DNA of 60,408 nucleotides, taken from the IMG/VR virus record IMGVR_UViG_3300045988_104258, one strand, 5' to 3'. The stretch's first letter is position 1; each line of letters starts with the position of its first letter. Made by a program: the position numbers and the translations under genes. Positions 26,894 through 35,490 of this stretch are shown here, piece by piece. The notes beneath the pieces are model-generated. The model was not told where the DNA came from, made no database searches, and worked only from the letters and a program-made list of their open reading frames with translations. The DNA is from a virus.

Positions 26894-29071
26894 TCAGTTC
26901 TTATTGCTTATTACCCACTTGTCAAAATCATGGAACGCCGAATCCATTAAAACAGTATCCATGCGTGACAATGCATTAAAAGAAATCCCCTTTTCCTGCA
27001 TCTTTGTTTCATCAATCTTATAGAGATGGGCTGAATTATAAAGGATTCCACAAGATTTCAAGTAATCCAACACCTGCTTTTTTACAGAGCTGTTGCTAAC
27101 TACAACACGATCTATCCTATCAGCAGTTTTAGCCAAAGTATCCTTTCTGTGTGTTCTGAATTCAACAAGGATACAATGCATTGCATGAATAAACTTTACT
27201 ATATCAAAATTCGAGCTGTCCTCAAAGTCGTATTTATAAGGAATTAAAGAATAATAATTTGTCAAATTTTCTGCATCGACTTTTAAGTCATCAGCCTTTG
27301 CAACATCAATTATTACTCCATCGCCTGCAAAGCCTTCATGAGCAACCAACAAGCAAGTTTCAGGTTTATAAGATTCTATGCTGATGTTCTGTGTTTCCCA
27401 AATCAGCTTTCTACAAATCACTGATGAATTATAAACCCTACAGTCAACGCCCTTCTTTCCAATATGGACATCAACACTAGGAGCATCAATGGAAACACTA
27501 ATCAACTGATCAAAAGCTATCAGCTCTCCGGTCATGCTGATTTCAGCAATATAGTCTTCTCTCTTTATAGCCTTCTTCTTCCCGGGAATCATCCCAAAAA
27601 CAGCCAAACACTTGCTGTCCTCCGTTTCGGATGCCGGAATCTCAGAGCATTCCAAATACGGACGTTCATACGCCGTTGCTTTAGCCTTAAAGGAATCATA
27701 CACATACGAAATGTGTTTAGGCTGAATTGTTTTCTCAGAGATTCTCATATAGCAATCAAAGAAAATCTGAGACGGGAAATAAGACTGACTCTGTAAAACA
27801 TCGAAATACAAATCAGCGGACGCTTCATGTTCTTTGTTTAAGATAATTTTCGTCAGGGTATAATCTCTAAATGCAGGACCCGTAAAATCAATCTTTTTCG
27901 ATAGTCCATTATTCTCGACACTATTACGTATAAATGGATGCTGCGGCAGAAACGCTTCCAGCACAGCCTGATATTCATTCACCAACTGTGGAGGCAAAAA
28001 GTCAAGCTCGTAGTTGCTATACTTACAATCCTGAAAAAGAATAAAGTATATAATCCTTACAAGTTGCTCTTCCGGTGAATAAACTTTTTCCCAATCAGAA
28101 AATTCAGGATGCGATGCCGCACATCTTTCCTTAAATGCAGGAATCACTTTTTCCGCCTGTTCACGATTCAACAGATCGTCCATTATCTTCATGATAATTG
28201 CTACACAGTCCTTCTGATTTGCAAGCTCGCTAATCAGTTTCTGACGGTTAGGAGATTCCTTTATATGTGCAGATATTGCCTCCAACACCGGTGCATAGCC
28301 CAAGAAAGATGCTCTTTCTTCAGGTGTGATATTGGTATTGACTACATCATAATACTTCTCTGCGCATGTAATGTCAGGCTTCGTTGGAGTATTCTTTCCA
28401 GCAACACTTCTCACAATAAAAGACTTTGCTGCAGTTTCATCGAAAAAACCGATTTCATAGTGAGCAACGGGAATTTTGTTTTCTGCGCAGAATGAAGCGA
28501 TATATTGGGCTGTTTCTGTTCTCGCTAGCAGGAACACTGTAGGCATCGTATGGTTTGATAAGCTTTCACTAATGTCGGCAATAAAGCTGTTCAACATTTT
28601 CCGCCCCGAAATGATCTCGGCTTCATCAAAAGCATCAATAACCAATAAAACATTACCCATGTTCATATCAGCTATAAACTCGGAATACTTTGGCGCTCCG
28701 ACAGCATTAAGAATTGAACCAGCAAAGCTGTTCGTACCAACTTTTACTTTTGCCAGATTCCAGTAGAGGGCATTAAACCGATGTGCAATATATTTAGCTA
28801 AAGAGCTCTTGCCCGCCGCTCCTGGTGCCGACAGCAAAACAAATTTCGGCTTCAGAGTAGACAGTTTTTTATCGGTTTTTACGTCACTGAAAGATGGCGG
28901 AATATAGAACGGCTCATTATCTATATAGCTAATGTAGTCCGCTACCGAATCGTTCAGCAAGTATCTCTTGCATTCGCTATATGAGCCAAGAATTCCTTCC
29001 AGAACCATTTGACTTCCTCCTATGATAGAGTCGATGTATTTTATTACATTATAATCTCTTATCGGTTTCAT
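26894..29071 (-). CDS. NACHT/STAND-like P-loop NTPase (candidate prophage-encoded defence protein)
   Basis: Walker A LLSAPGAAGKSS, Walker B LLVIDAFDEAE, long helical C-terminal region. Start taken at the ATG at 29071 with SD GGGGGAG (the ORF-track start at 29215 overlaps the HNH gene). AT-rich relative to its neighbours. Confidence 0.6.
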   Translation of the reverse strand: MKPIRDYNVIKYIDSIIGGSQMVLEGILGSYSECKRYLLNDSVADYISYIDNEPFYIPPSFSDVKTDKKLSTLKPKFVLLSAPGAAGKSSLAKYIAHRFNALYWNLAKVKVGTNSFAGSILNAVGAPKYSEFIADMNMGNVLLVIDAFDEAEIISGRKMLNSFIADISESLSNHTMPTVFLLARTETAQYIASFCAENKIPVAHYEIGFFDETAAKSFIVRSVAGKNTPTKPDITCAEKYYDVVNTNITPEERASFLGYAPVLEAISAHIKESPNRQKLISELANQKDCVAIIMKIMDDLLNREQAEKVIPAFKERCAASHPEFSDWEKVYSPEEQLVRIIYFILFQDCKYSNYELDFLPPQLVNEYQAVLEAFLPQHPFIRNSVENNGLSKKIDFTGPAFRDYTLTKIILNKEHEASADLYFDVLQSQSYFPSQIFFDCYMRISEKTIQPKHISYVYDSFKAKATAYERPYLECSEIPASETEDSKCLAVFGMIPGKKKAIKREDYIAEISMTGELIAFDQLISVSIDAPSVDVHIGKKGVDCRVYNSSVICRKLIWETQNISIESYKPETCLLVAHEGFAGDGVIIDVAKADDLKVDAENLTNYYSLIPYKYDFEDSSNFDIVKFIHAMHCILVEFRTHRKDTLAKTADRIDRVVVSNSSVKKQVLDYLKSCGILYNSAHLYKIDETKMQEKGISFNALSRMDTVLMDSAFHDFDKWVISNKN

Positions 29072-29132
29072 GTCAAATTCTCCCCCAAAGGTATCTGACT
29101 CAAAGTATACATCTTTTATAATTCTTAAATTG

Positions 29133-29591
29133 TCAAAAGCAAGTTTTTCTCCATGGGCAGGTGTCGCCCGGTCTTCGTTCTGTGAATACTGGCTCCAGAA
29201 TGCTGTCATCCCCATAATGGATTGCCTTATGTGTTCGATCGGATACGCAAATCACATTATCAGGGTCGAGTAAACACTCTCGGTGCTCCAGTACGTCTTC
29301 TTTTGTAATAGGGTTTATATGGTGAATGATGATACGTGGTCGGATAAGTTTTCCGTCTCGGACAACCCAGTCCGTAATCTCATGGTCAGGAACGCCAAGA
29401 TCGCACCCCATGTCTCGAACAATAATTTTGTCACGAAACATCCGCCACTCTCTGGACTGGTAAAAGTCTTGATTCAGGTATCGGTCAAAGCCGAATGTGT
29501 CATGCCCAACAGCACCATGCAGTTGTAAATAATGGAACCGGTCTTCAAAGGTCGAATACTGGCAAAGCTCAGAATATGTTCTCTGATTCAT
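29133..29591 (-). CDS. HNH endonuclease (packaging-associated)
   Basis: IIHHINPITKED...SDRTHKAIH is an HNH motif; adjacent to the small terminase-like gene. Confidence 0.7.
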   Translation of the reverse strand: MNQRTYSELCQYSTFEDRFHYLQLHGAVGHDTFGFDRYLNQDFYQSREWRMFRDKIIVRDMGCDLGVPDHEITDWVVRDGKLIRPRIIIHHINPITKEDVLEHRECLLDPDNVICVSDRTHKAIHYGDDSILEPVFTERRPGDTCPWRKTCF

Positions 29592-29922
29592 CGTTGTCTT
29601 CCACCCCGCCGTATTCCCGCATTGCCTTGATTGCCTCCTTGTAAAGAAGGGCGTTATCTTTGGCTGCTTGAATAGCATCTGCTTTTGCATGAAGGAGTGT
29701 ATTCTCTGCTTCCAACTTTTTCTTTTCCAGTTCTGACTTGACTGTGGCCAGTTTCAGAAAATGAGTCGTTTCAGCTGAAGATGCCGTTCCTTCTCGCAAT
29801 CGCTTCTCCACCAAATCCATTGCCAGGGAAATCATCTGGTTTTCTCGTACTTCTGGGGACAATGTTGGCCGCATGGGAGCCACGTCTTCAGAAGCAGCTT
29901 TCTTTGTCCTCATTTTTGTCAT
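29569..29922 (-). CDS. Putative terminase small subunit
   Basis: Basic N-terminus, helical ...GTASSAETTHFLKL...; lies upstream of HNH; assignment is positional. Confidence 0.35.
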   Translation of the reverse strand: MTKMRTKKAASEDVAPMRPTLSPEVRENQMISLAMDLVEKRLREGTASSAETTHFLKLATVKSELEKKKLEAENTLLHAKADAIQAAKDNALLYKEAIKAMREYGGVEDNDESENIF

Positions 29923-30104
29923 CCTTCTATTCTGTTTTGATTTGGTTTGTACTAGAATCTTTCCTGTTTCCCACACTTTTCAATGGCTTTTGTAAGAGTT
30001 TATGGGAGCCGGTCGTGGTGTCTTTCTAATCATTTGAAAGGAGAAGAAAAATGAACAAACGACAAATGGAGGTTGTTTGAAGAGAGCACCCTCCCATAAG
30101 CTCT

Positions 30105-30149
30105 TACAAAAACCACCGAGGCACAGTCTACACCCTGAAACCTCGGCAG
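30105..30149 (-). terminator. Intrinsic terminator ending the middle operon
   Basis: Minus-strand stem CUGCCGAGG/CCUCGGUGG (two G-U pairs), then UUUUUGU. Confidence 0.5.
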
Positions 30150-30249
30150 TAGTTAAAACCCAATTCTCAATTTTCCCTCCGGGGAAAAATCAAAGACCGA
30201 CGCGATTTGGGGAGGGGGTGTATTTTTCAAGCACCCCCCTATACCCCTT

Positions 30250-30519
30250 TTACACTGTTTGCTCTCCAGGAGCGTCATCTTTGATATCGAGTTTGAGTTT
30301 TTTGTAGATATTGAGCGGGTCATTGCCCACGATTTGGTCGATAGCCTGCTCAATTTCATACGCATTTTCTGCGTCCGTGAGCTGGTCAGAGGTGTAAGCC
30401 ATCCGCATCAGCAGCCCAGACGAGTTATAACCCTTGTCGGTGTCGAACCGATACCAGTCCTCAAACTGTTCATAAGGACTGTACGGGTTGTCAACAGTGG
30501 TTAAAAAGCATCGAATCAT
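30250..30519 (-). CDS. Hypothetical conserved phage protein
   Basis: 89 aa; FLTTVDNPYSPYEQFEDWYRFD motif seen in many Firmicute phages. Confidence 0.45.
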   Translation of the reverse strand: MIRCFLTTVDNPYSPYEQFEDWYRFDTDKGYNSSGLLMRMAYTSDQLTDAENAYEIEQAIDQIVGNDPLNIYKKLKLDIKDDAPGEQTV

Positions 30520-30534
30520 AGTTCAAAGCCTTTC

Positions 30535-33300
30535 TTACTTGTTAAGATTGTCATAAATCGTTGACTCAGGAACGCCACAAGCCTTTGCAATCTCTGCATA
30601 GCTATAGCCGTTTGCCAACATCGCTTGTGCTTTGCCTAACTTAGCAGAAGACAACGTTGTACTTGCTTTTGGCATTGCTCGTTTGATGATTTCATCCGAC
30701 TTTGACGAGTTCAGAATCTTCATCAGCTTGGAATCAGAGATTGCACCAGCTTGAACTGCTTCCCATTCACGATCTGTGAACGTAATCTTTGTCTTGCTGC
30801 CGCTTGCACCAACAGAATCGCGTGCGCGCTGCATCTCAACAGCGGCAATCTTCTTGATTTCTTTCTTGTCCTTCTTATAGTCCAAACCTTGAGCCTGTAC
30901 TTTAGCCTTAATATTCTCGTTTGCAATAATGGTAGCACGCCTTTCTTTCGGCTTGTTACCAATAACCGCATTGAGCTTAGCGTTAATAGACTCAACCTCG
31001 GCTCTATATTTTTCGGCAGCATCAGGGCTTTTCTGGATGCCCTTCATATTTACCGCCTCTTTCCGCGCCTGATTAGCCAAAGCCTTCAGTTCATTTGAAA
31101 AATCGGCATAGTAATTTTCTTGAATGGTGCCGGAGGATAGGTCTCGTGCGTTAGGGTACATGGAAATAAGACTTACTTCCGTCATAGCTTGTACTCTCTT
31201 GCCCGTTTTTGGGTCAATAAAAGTACGCCCAGACTCCTTATATTTTTTTTCGCCCGTCTCTTTATCGATTCGAGCACTTCCTTTGCGCTCAGGCACTCGA
31301 ACGGTCTGTTTTCTTCTGGATAAGAGCGTGGATGCACCGCCATATTTTTCAGTGCCGTCCTCTTGCACTCTGATTTGCCATTTTTGCTTCAGCTCCTGGA
31401 TACCATTTTCACGTTCAGAACGTTTATAGTCCAGCTTATGCTTTTCCGCATCAATAACGACCATGGAATGCTTGACGGCACGAGCAATATCGCCTTCAGG
31501 TGCGCCGCGAAGAGTCATGTCAGTAATAAGATTGGAAATAATCCCCATCTCTTTCTGCTTTTCCTCTTTCTTCATGAGGCGCACGCCATTGGGATTTCCT
31601 TCAGGCACAGCATATGCAATCTTGGGGTCGAAGTCTTTCAAATCCTTCAGAGCGGGGGTGGATTTAATATCAACTTTGCTCGACTTTGGAATCGCTACAA
31701 CCGTATCGCCATCAAAATCAGCACCAGACAAACGTTCTGCAACCTTTGCGTTGATGCCAATTGCATCCTGCACATTGCCGAGATTTCTACGCCCGGACAA
31801 ATTCTTGTTATTGACCGTTACAATAGGAATCTCAAAGGTTCCTGCATGAGGAAAACGAACCAATGCAAGCTGAGTGCCATCAGGATATGTAGGACAATAG
31901 CATTCTCTCTCTCCGATTTTGGACAGTGGTAAAATAACCTTTGTCGCCTGACCCGGGAAAGAAGATGCTTTCAGGGTCATCGAGTTGCCCTCGCAAGTAT
32001 CTGCGAAATCAAGCAACAGCTTTTTCCGAATCGTCGGATTGTCATACTGCATAATTTCGTCATATTCTGCCTTGCGGTCAGCAATAGTAAGATCTAATTG
32101 CTGTTTCAGAAGTTTGACCGGCTGTTTGGACAGAAACTGCGAAGAAAGGTTCTTTGCCATGGTGTCCCAATCGCCTTCTTCTTTCAGCTTATTGATGGGC
32201 GACAGATGTTCTTTTCCGTCCTCACCAATATAGGTGCTCTGACCATTTGCCTTGATAGATGCGCCGAAAGGATTATCGGGGTCATCTTTGATAGGCTTTA
32301 AGACCTTCATTTTCGGAGTGCCAGATTTCTTGTTGGTGTTAAACACCACATCATAACCTTTAGGAATATCGTCAGAATATACAGCCATGCCTTTCAGATA
32401 ATGACTGTCATCCACCATGATACGAACCTGCGCATAATGTGATTTTCCGAGGTTCAGGTCAGCAACACCTCTCCGAATTTCGATAACGCCATCCTTGTCC
32501 AGACCGCCTTCATCACCATAACGAATATAAACACGGTCAGAACTCATGCTACTGGGGCGCTGAAGCTTCTTGAACGTTTCACCGCCATCTTCAGAATGAT
32601 ACTCACCAAGAGACTGGATTTCATTCTGATGCTGATATGCATATTTCTGGTCATATTCCGGCTTTGCCAGAACAGTGATGTTGGTTTGCTGGTTAATATT
32701 TGTTGGCTGACGAATGCCAACGCCATAACGCTGATATCCGTGCTCTGCCTCTAAAACAAATATAGCATCGTCCAAATCACCTTCTGAAACGCCCAGAACC
32801 AGATTTGTACCTTCGGAAACATCGATCATGCCCTTCTTATCGACTTCCTTGCGCAGGGTCTCGGCAATTTCTTTGGTTCTGGTATATTTATCAGGTTTGT
32901 CGTTCTTCAGCATCGAACGAACCGTGGATTCAGATAAACCCATCTCACGACCGATTTCTGTGGGGCCGAGCCCATCCTGAGATAAGGCACGTGCACGGTC
33001 ATATTTGAGCTGCTGGCGTTCGTGAATGGCTCTGCGTTGTGCCATACGGAACTCGGTAGCACCCATCTTATATTCTTCGGGGAGAGAATCGTTAATGGTC
33101 TGGAGAATATCCTTCTCCTTCATGCCGCTCTTCTTCAGTTCCTCAACACGTGACAGAAAATCGCCTGAACGCTGATACGGATTCTCACCGGACCCCCACG
33201 GATATCTGCCCGAGTGGCGTTTGGTACCATAATGCTCCAGGATACTGTCTTCCGGCGCGATACCGAAATATCCTCGAATATCTCTTTCTACCGGATTCAT
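30535..33300 (-). CDS. YonO-like single-polypeptide two-barrel RNA polymerase with N- and C-terminal HTH domains
   Basis: LVRFPHAGTFEIPIV...IGINAKVAERLSGADFDGDTVVAIP parallels beta-prime NRAPTLHRLGIQAF...NADFDGD. SHYLKGMAVY may be a beta-like GNKG element. HTH sequences: GLGPTEIGREMGLSESTVRSML and YSYAEIAKACGVPESTIYDNL. Confidence 0.6.
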   Translation of the reverse strand: MNPVERDIRGYFGIAPEDSILEHYGTKRHSGRYPWGSGENPYQRSGDFLSRVEELKKSGMKEKDILQTINDSLPEEYKMGATEFRMAQRRAIHERQQLKYDRARALSQDGLGPTEIGREMGLSESTVRSMLKNDKPDKYTRTKEIAETLRKEVDKKGMIDVSEGTNLVLGVSEGDLDDAIFVLEAEHGYQRYGVGIRQPTNINQQTNITVLAKPEYDQKYAYQHQNEIQSLGEYHSEDGGETFKKLQRPSSMSSDRVYIRYGDEGGLDKDGVIEIRRGVADLNLGKSHYAQVRIMVDDSHYLKGMAVYSDDIPKGYDVVFNTNKKSGTPKMKVLKPIKDDPDNPFGASIKANGQSTYIGEDGKEHLSPINKLKEEGDWDTMAKNLSSQFLSKQPVKLLKQQLDLTIADRKAEYDEIMQYDNPTIRKKLLLDFADTCEGNSMTLKASSFPGQATKVILPLSKIGERECYCPTYPDGTQLALVRFPHAGTFEIPIVTVNNKNLSGRRNLGNVQDAIGINAKVAERLSGADFDGDTVVAIPKSSKVDIKSTPALKDLKDFDPKIAYAVPEGNPNGVRLMKKEEKQKEMGIISNLITDMTLRGAPEGDIARAVKHSMVVIDAEKHKLDYKRSERENGIQELKQKWQIRVQEDGTEKYGGASTLLSRRKQTVRVPERKGSARIDKETGEKKYKESGRTFIDPKTGKRVQAMTEVSLISMYPNARDLSSGTIQENYYADFSNELKALANQARKEAVNMKGIQKSPDAAEKYRAEVESINAKLNAVIGNKPKERRATIIANENIKAKVQAQGLDYKKDKKEIKKIAAVEMQRARDSVGASGSKTKITFTDREWEAVQAGAISDSKLMKILNSSKSDEIIKRAMPKASTTLSSAKLGKAQAMLANGYSYAEIAKACGVPESTIYDNLNK

Positions 33301-33857
33301 GCTGTCGCTCCTAACTTCAGTTCAGTAATGATTTTGTTGAACTCAATGATTTTGCTAATGATAGGATCGATGTCCTCGCAAGTCGGATTCACGATCCAAA
33401 TATCATCGTTCTGGTAGATGCGGTTTTCGATTTGAATATCGCGAGGCTTGACGCCATACTCCAAGCAGAAAAGTGCATCATAGATGAAGAGCTGTTCCAT
33501 GTGTGCCGGTACCAGACCGGTCTTCAAATCGTGGATGCGCAGGAAGTTGTTTGCAAAATGAATTGTATCGGCTGTGCCATAGCAGTTCTCTGAATAATAA
33601 AGAACTACTTCCGGGGTCATGCAAAAACCGATTGCATCGTTGACATAGGAGTTGAGCGTCTTCTTACTCCGAGGAAGCTTCTGTCCTAACGCAATGCTTT
33701 CTGCAGCATATGCATGAAGCCGTGTTCCTCTCTCCTTCGCCTGATAGTTTACAAAGGACTCTGCAATCCGGGCAGCATCATAATTGATCCAATGATACTT
33801 ACTCGCCCCCAGAAAAGCGTGCTGGCCTTGCAGTCGTGAATGATCGTTCCAGTTCAT
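33297..33857 (-). CDS. PD-(D/E)XK nuclease (YqaJ/Cas4-like)
   Basis: FLGASKYHW, GTADTIHF, LRIHDLKTG motifs; SD GGAGGAG. Confidence 0.55.
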   Translation of the reverse strand: MNWNDHSRLQGQHAFLGASKYHWINYDAARIAESFVNYQAKERGTRLHAYAAESIALGQKLPRSKKTLNSYVNDAIGFCMTPEVVLYYSENCYGTADTIHFANNFLRIHDLKTGLVPAHMEQLFIYDALFCLEYGVKPRDIQIENRIYQNDDIWIVNPTCEDIDPIISKIIEFNKIITELKLGATA

Positions 33858-34119
33858 CCAGTATCTCCTCCTTATTCTCAGGATAAATAAAAGAGGCATA
33901 GCTCATCTCGTTCATCTTGGCTACGTAGTAGTCTTGATTCGGACGATGCGATACCTTGCCTGTTTTCTTTCCTTCGAGTGCTGCCCATCTGTCTCGATAT
34001 AAAACCAAGAGATCCGGAATCCCTTGAATTTCATTCGGGTCAAGATGAACGACCATGCAGCCGGGAAAGCGTTTCTTCAGGTCTTTCACCAATCCTGTTT
34101 TGAATTTGTTCTCTAGCAT
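33799..34119 (-). CDS. VRR-NUC domain nuclease
   Basis: GIPDLLVLYRDRWAALEGKK motif. Confidence 0.55.
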   Translation of the reverse strand: MLENKFKTGLVKDLKKRFPGCMVVHLDPNEIQGIPDLLVLYRDRWAALEGKKTGKVSHRPNQDYYVAKMNEMSYASFIYPENKEEILDELERSFTTARPARFSGGE

Positions 34120-34139
34120 ACAAACCTCCAAAAATAAAA

Positions 34140-34199
34140 GAGGAACAGCATGTTTTTACGCACACTGTTCCTCCCATAAAAGAGCAAGAAATTTACGCG
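34140..34199 (-). promoter_or_regulatory. Motif copy K (CGCGTAAATTTCTTGCTCTTTTATGG, 34174..34199) followed directly by a 9-bp hairpin and a U-run (34129..34173)
   Basis: GAGGAACAG (34140-34148) pairs with CTGTTCCTC (34165-34173); the minus-strand U-run runs into the SD of the gene starting at 34119. Confidence 0.45.
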
Positions 34200-34284
34200 G
34201 GGATATTTGGTAATATTTGTCAATCTTTCAGAAGGGCAAAAATATAAGGACTGCCACAATCGTGACAATCCTCAAACTTTCACC

Positions 34285-34653
34285 TTACAGATACCAAGTA
34301 AAGGGAGCCTCCTCGTACATTTCAGGAGGACCTGCTCGCTTCTCTGCATTCGGATACATATACTCACCATAATCGTTTTTCAGGCCAGTCTCGTCATCCC
34401 AATAAGGCATGGGCCAGTCAATGTCGGAAATATCATAGACCTTGCCACAGATAGGACAACGCCACTTTTCCTGATTTCGTACCTTTCTCATCCTGACGCC
34501 ATTGCATTCGCACCAGGGCTCTTTCACATGAAGTTCTGTATCGCCATTGTAATAGCAGCGCACCAAATTATTTGCGCTGTCCAAAGTAGTCCACTCGTGA
34601 TAGCCAAACTCATTCTCATACTGGGCCATAAATGGAATTTCACGCTTTTTCAT
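34285..34653 (-). CDS. Zinc-ribbon protein, function unknown
   Basis: WRCPICGKVY; start MKKREI with SD GAGGTG. Confidence 0.45.
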   Translation of the reverse strand: MKKREIPFMAQYENEFGYHEWTTLDSANNLVRCYYNGDTELHVKEPWCECNGVRMRKVRNQEKWRCPICGKVYDISDIDWPMPYWDDETGLKNDYGEYMYPNAEKRAGPPEMYEEAPFTWYL

Positions 34654-34674
34654 AACTTTGCACCTCATAACTCA

Positions 34675-34703
34675 ATTATATAGTTTTTGTCGTTCTTTTA
34701 CAA
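34675..34703 (-). promoter_or_regulatory. Sigma-A-type promoter TTGTAA-17-TATAAT for the middle operon
   Basis: rc of 34698-34703 = TTGTAA, rc of 34675-34680 = TATAAT, 17-nt spacer. Confidence 0.5.
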
Positions 34704-34710
34704 GGTGAAA

Positions 34711-35024
34711 GTGGTGGCCCTCTTGGCCAATTCGAGCAGAAAACTCGCTGTGGCCAAAAACCCATTTTTATTTCCAACTACTATATATAAAATTTTTAAT
34801 TTTTTTATTAAATTAAGAAAAAAATTGGGTTTTTGGCCAAACTGCATATTTTTAACGTAGATACGTTAAAAGTTGTGGCCATTTTTGCAAAAATTTTTGG
34901 CCACAAAGTGGGTTTTTGGCCATAAAATCGCCATTTTTTCACGCATTGACAATTATTGACATAAATTCCACGAGAAAAAATGGCCAAAAATTCACACCGT
35001 GACAATCTTTGACAATTATTGACA
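34711..35024. repeat. Non-coding repeat-dense region (candidate origin or regulatory hub)
   Basis: Eight TGGCC(A/C) cores, three of them within GGGTTTTTGGCCA. An A/T-only stretch at 34781-34826. A perfect 10+2+10 palindrome at 34850-34871. TTGACAATTATTGACA at 34946-34961 and 35009-35024. Confidence 0.55.
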
Positions 35025-35025
35025 T

Positions 35026-35060
35026 CAAAAAGAAAAGGCCCTGAAATTGCTCCAGAGCCT
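35026..35060 (-). terminator. Intrinsic terminator ending the early/replication transcription unit
   Basis: Minus-strand stem AGGCUCUG/CAGGGCCU, then UUUCUUUUUG. Confidence 0.45.
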
Positions 35061-35067
35061 CCCTTTT

Positions 35068-35259
35068 TCAGCGGATGATTCCTAAATTTTCAAACATTGC
35101 CATGACAGAAACGTATGCCATGAGTGCTGCAAAGATGAGCAACATAATGAACAAGTAGCGTCTTCTCTCAGCTTCCTCTTCCTGCCGTTTCTTCTCTTTC
35201 AATGCCATGCGCATCATGATAATTTCCTTCAAGTCCTTAGAAAATCCCATCCAGAGCAC
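35068..35259 (-). CDS. Small membrane protein
   Basis: 63 aa with a C-terminal TM segment. Confidence 0.4.
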   Translation of the reverse strand: MLWMGFSKDLKEIIMMRMALKEKKRQEEEAERRRYLFIMLLIFAALMAYVSVMAMFENLGIIR

Positions 35260-35280
35260 ACCCTTTCCGTTCCAAGAATA

Positions 35281-35487
35281 TCAGTCTTTAACCATGATGT
35301 CAAGGTTGGTGATGTTTACCATCCGCTTGCAATGCTCATCCTTGTACCGGAAGACCACCGCTGCCATCGTTTCCTCATACGAAATCTCAGCGACAGGTTT
35401 CTGAATGGTCGGATTGGTACCACGAATACGTACCCAAACCTTGTCATCCTTGACGCTTTTCTCGTCAATGCCACAAATCCGCATCAT
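35281..35487 (-). CDS. Hypothetical protein
   Basis: 68-aa ORF in the operon. Confidence 0.35.
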   Translation of the reverse strand: MMRICGIDEKSVKDDKVWVRIRGTNPTIQKPVAEISYEETMAAVVFRYKDEHCKRMVNITNLDIMVKD

Positions 35488-35490
35488 AGC

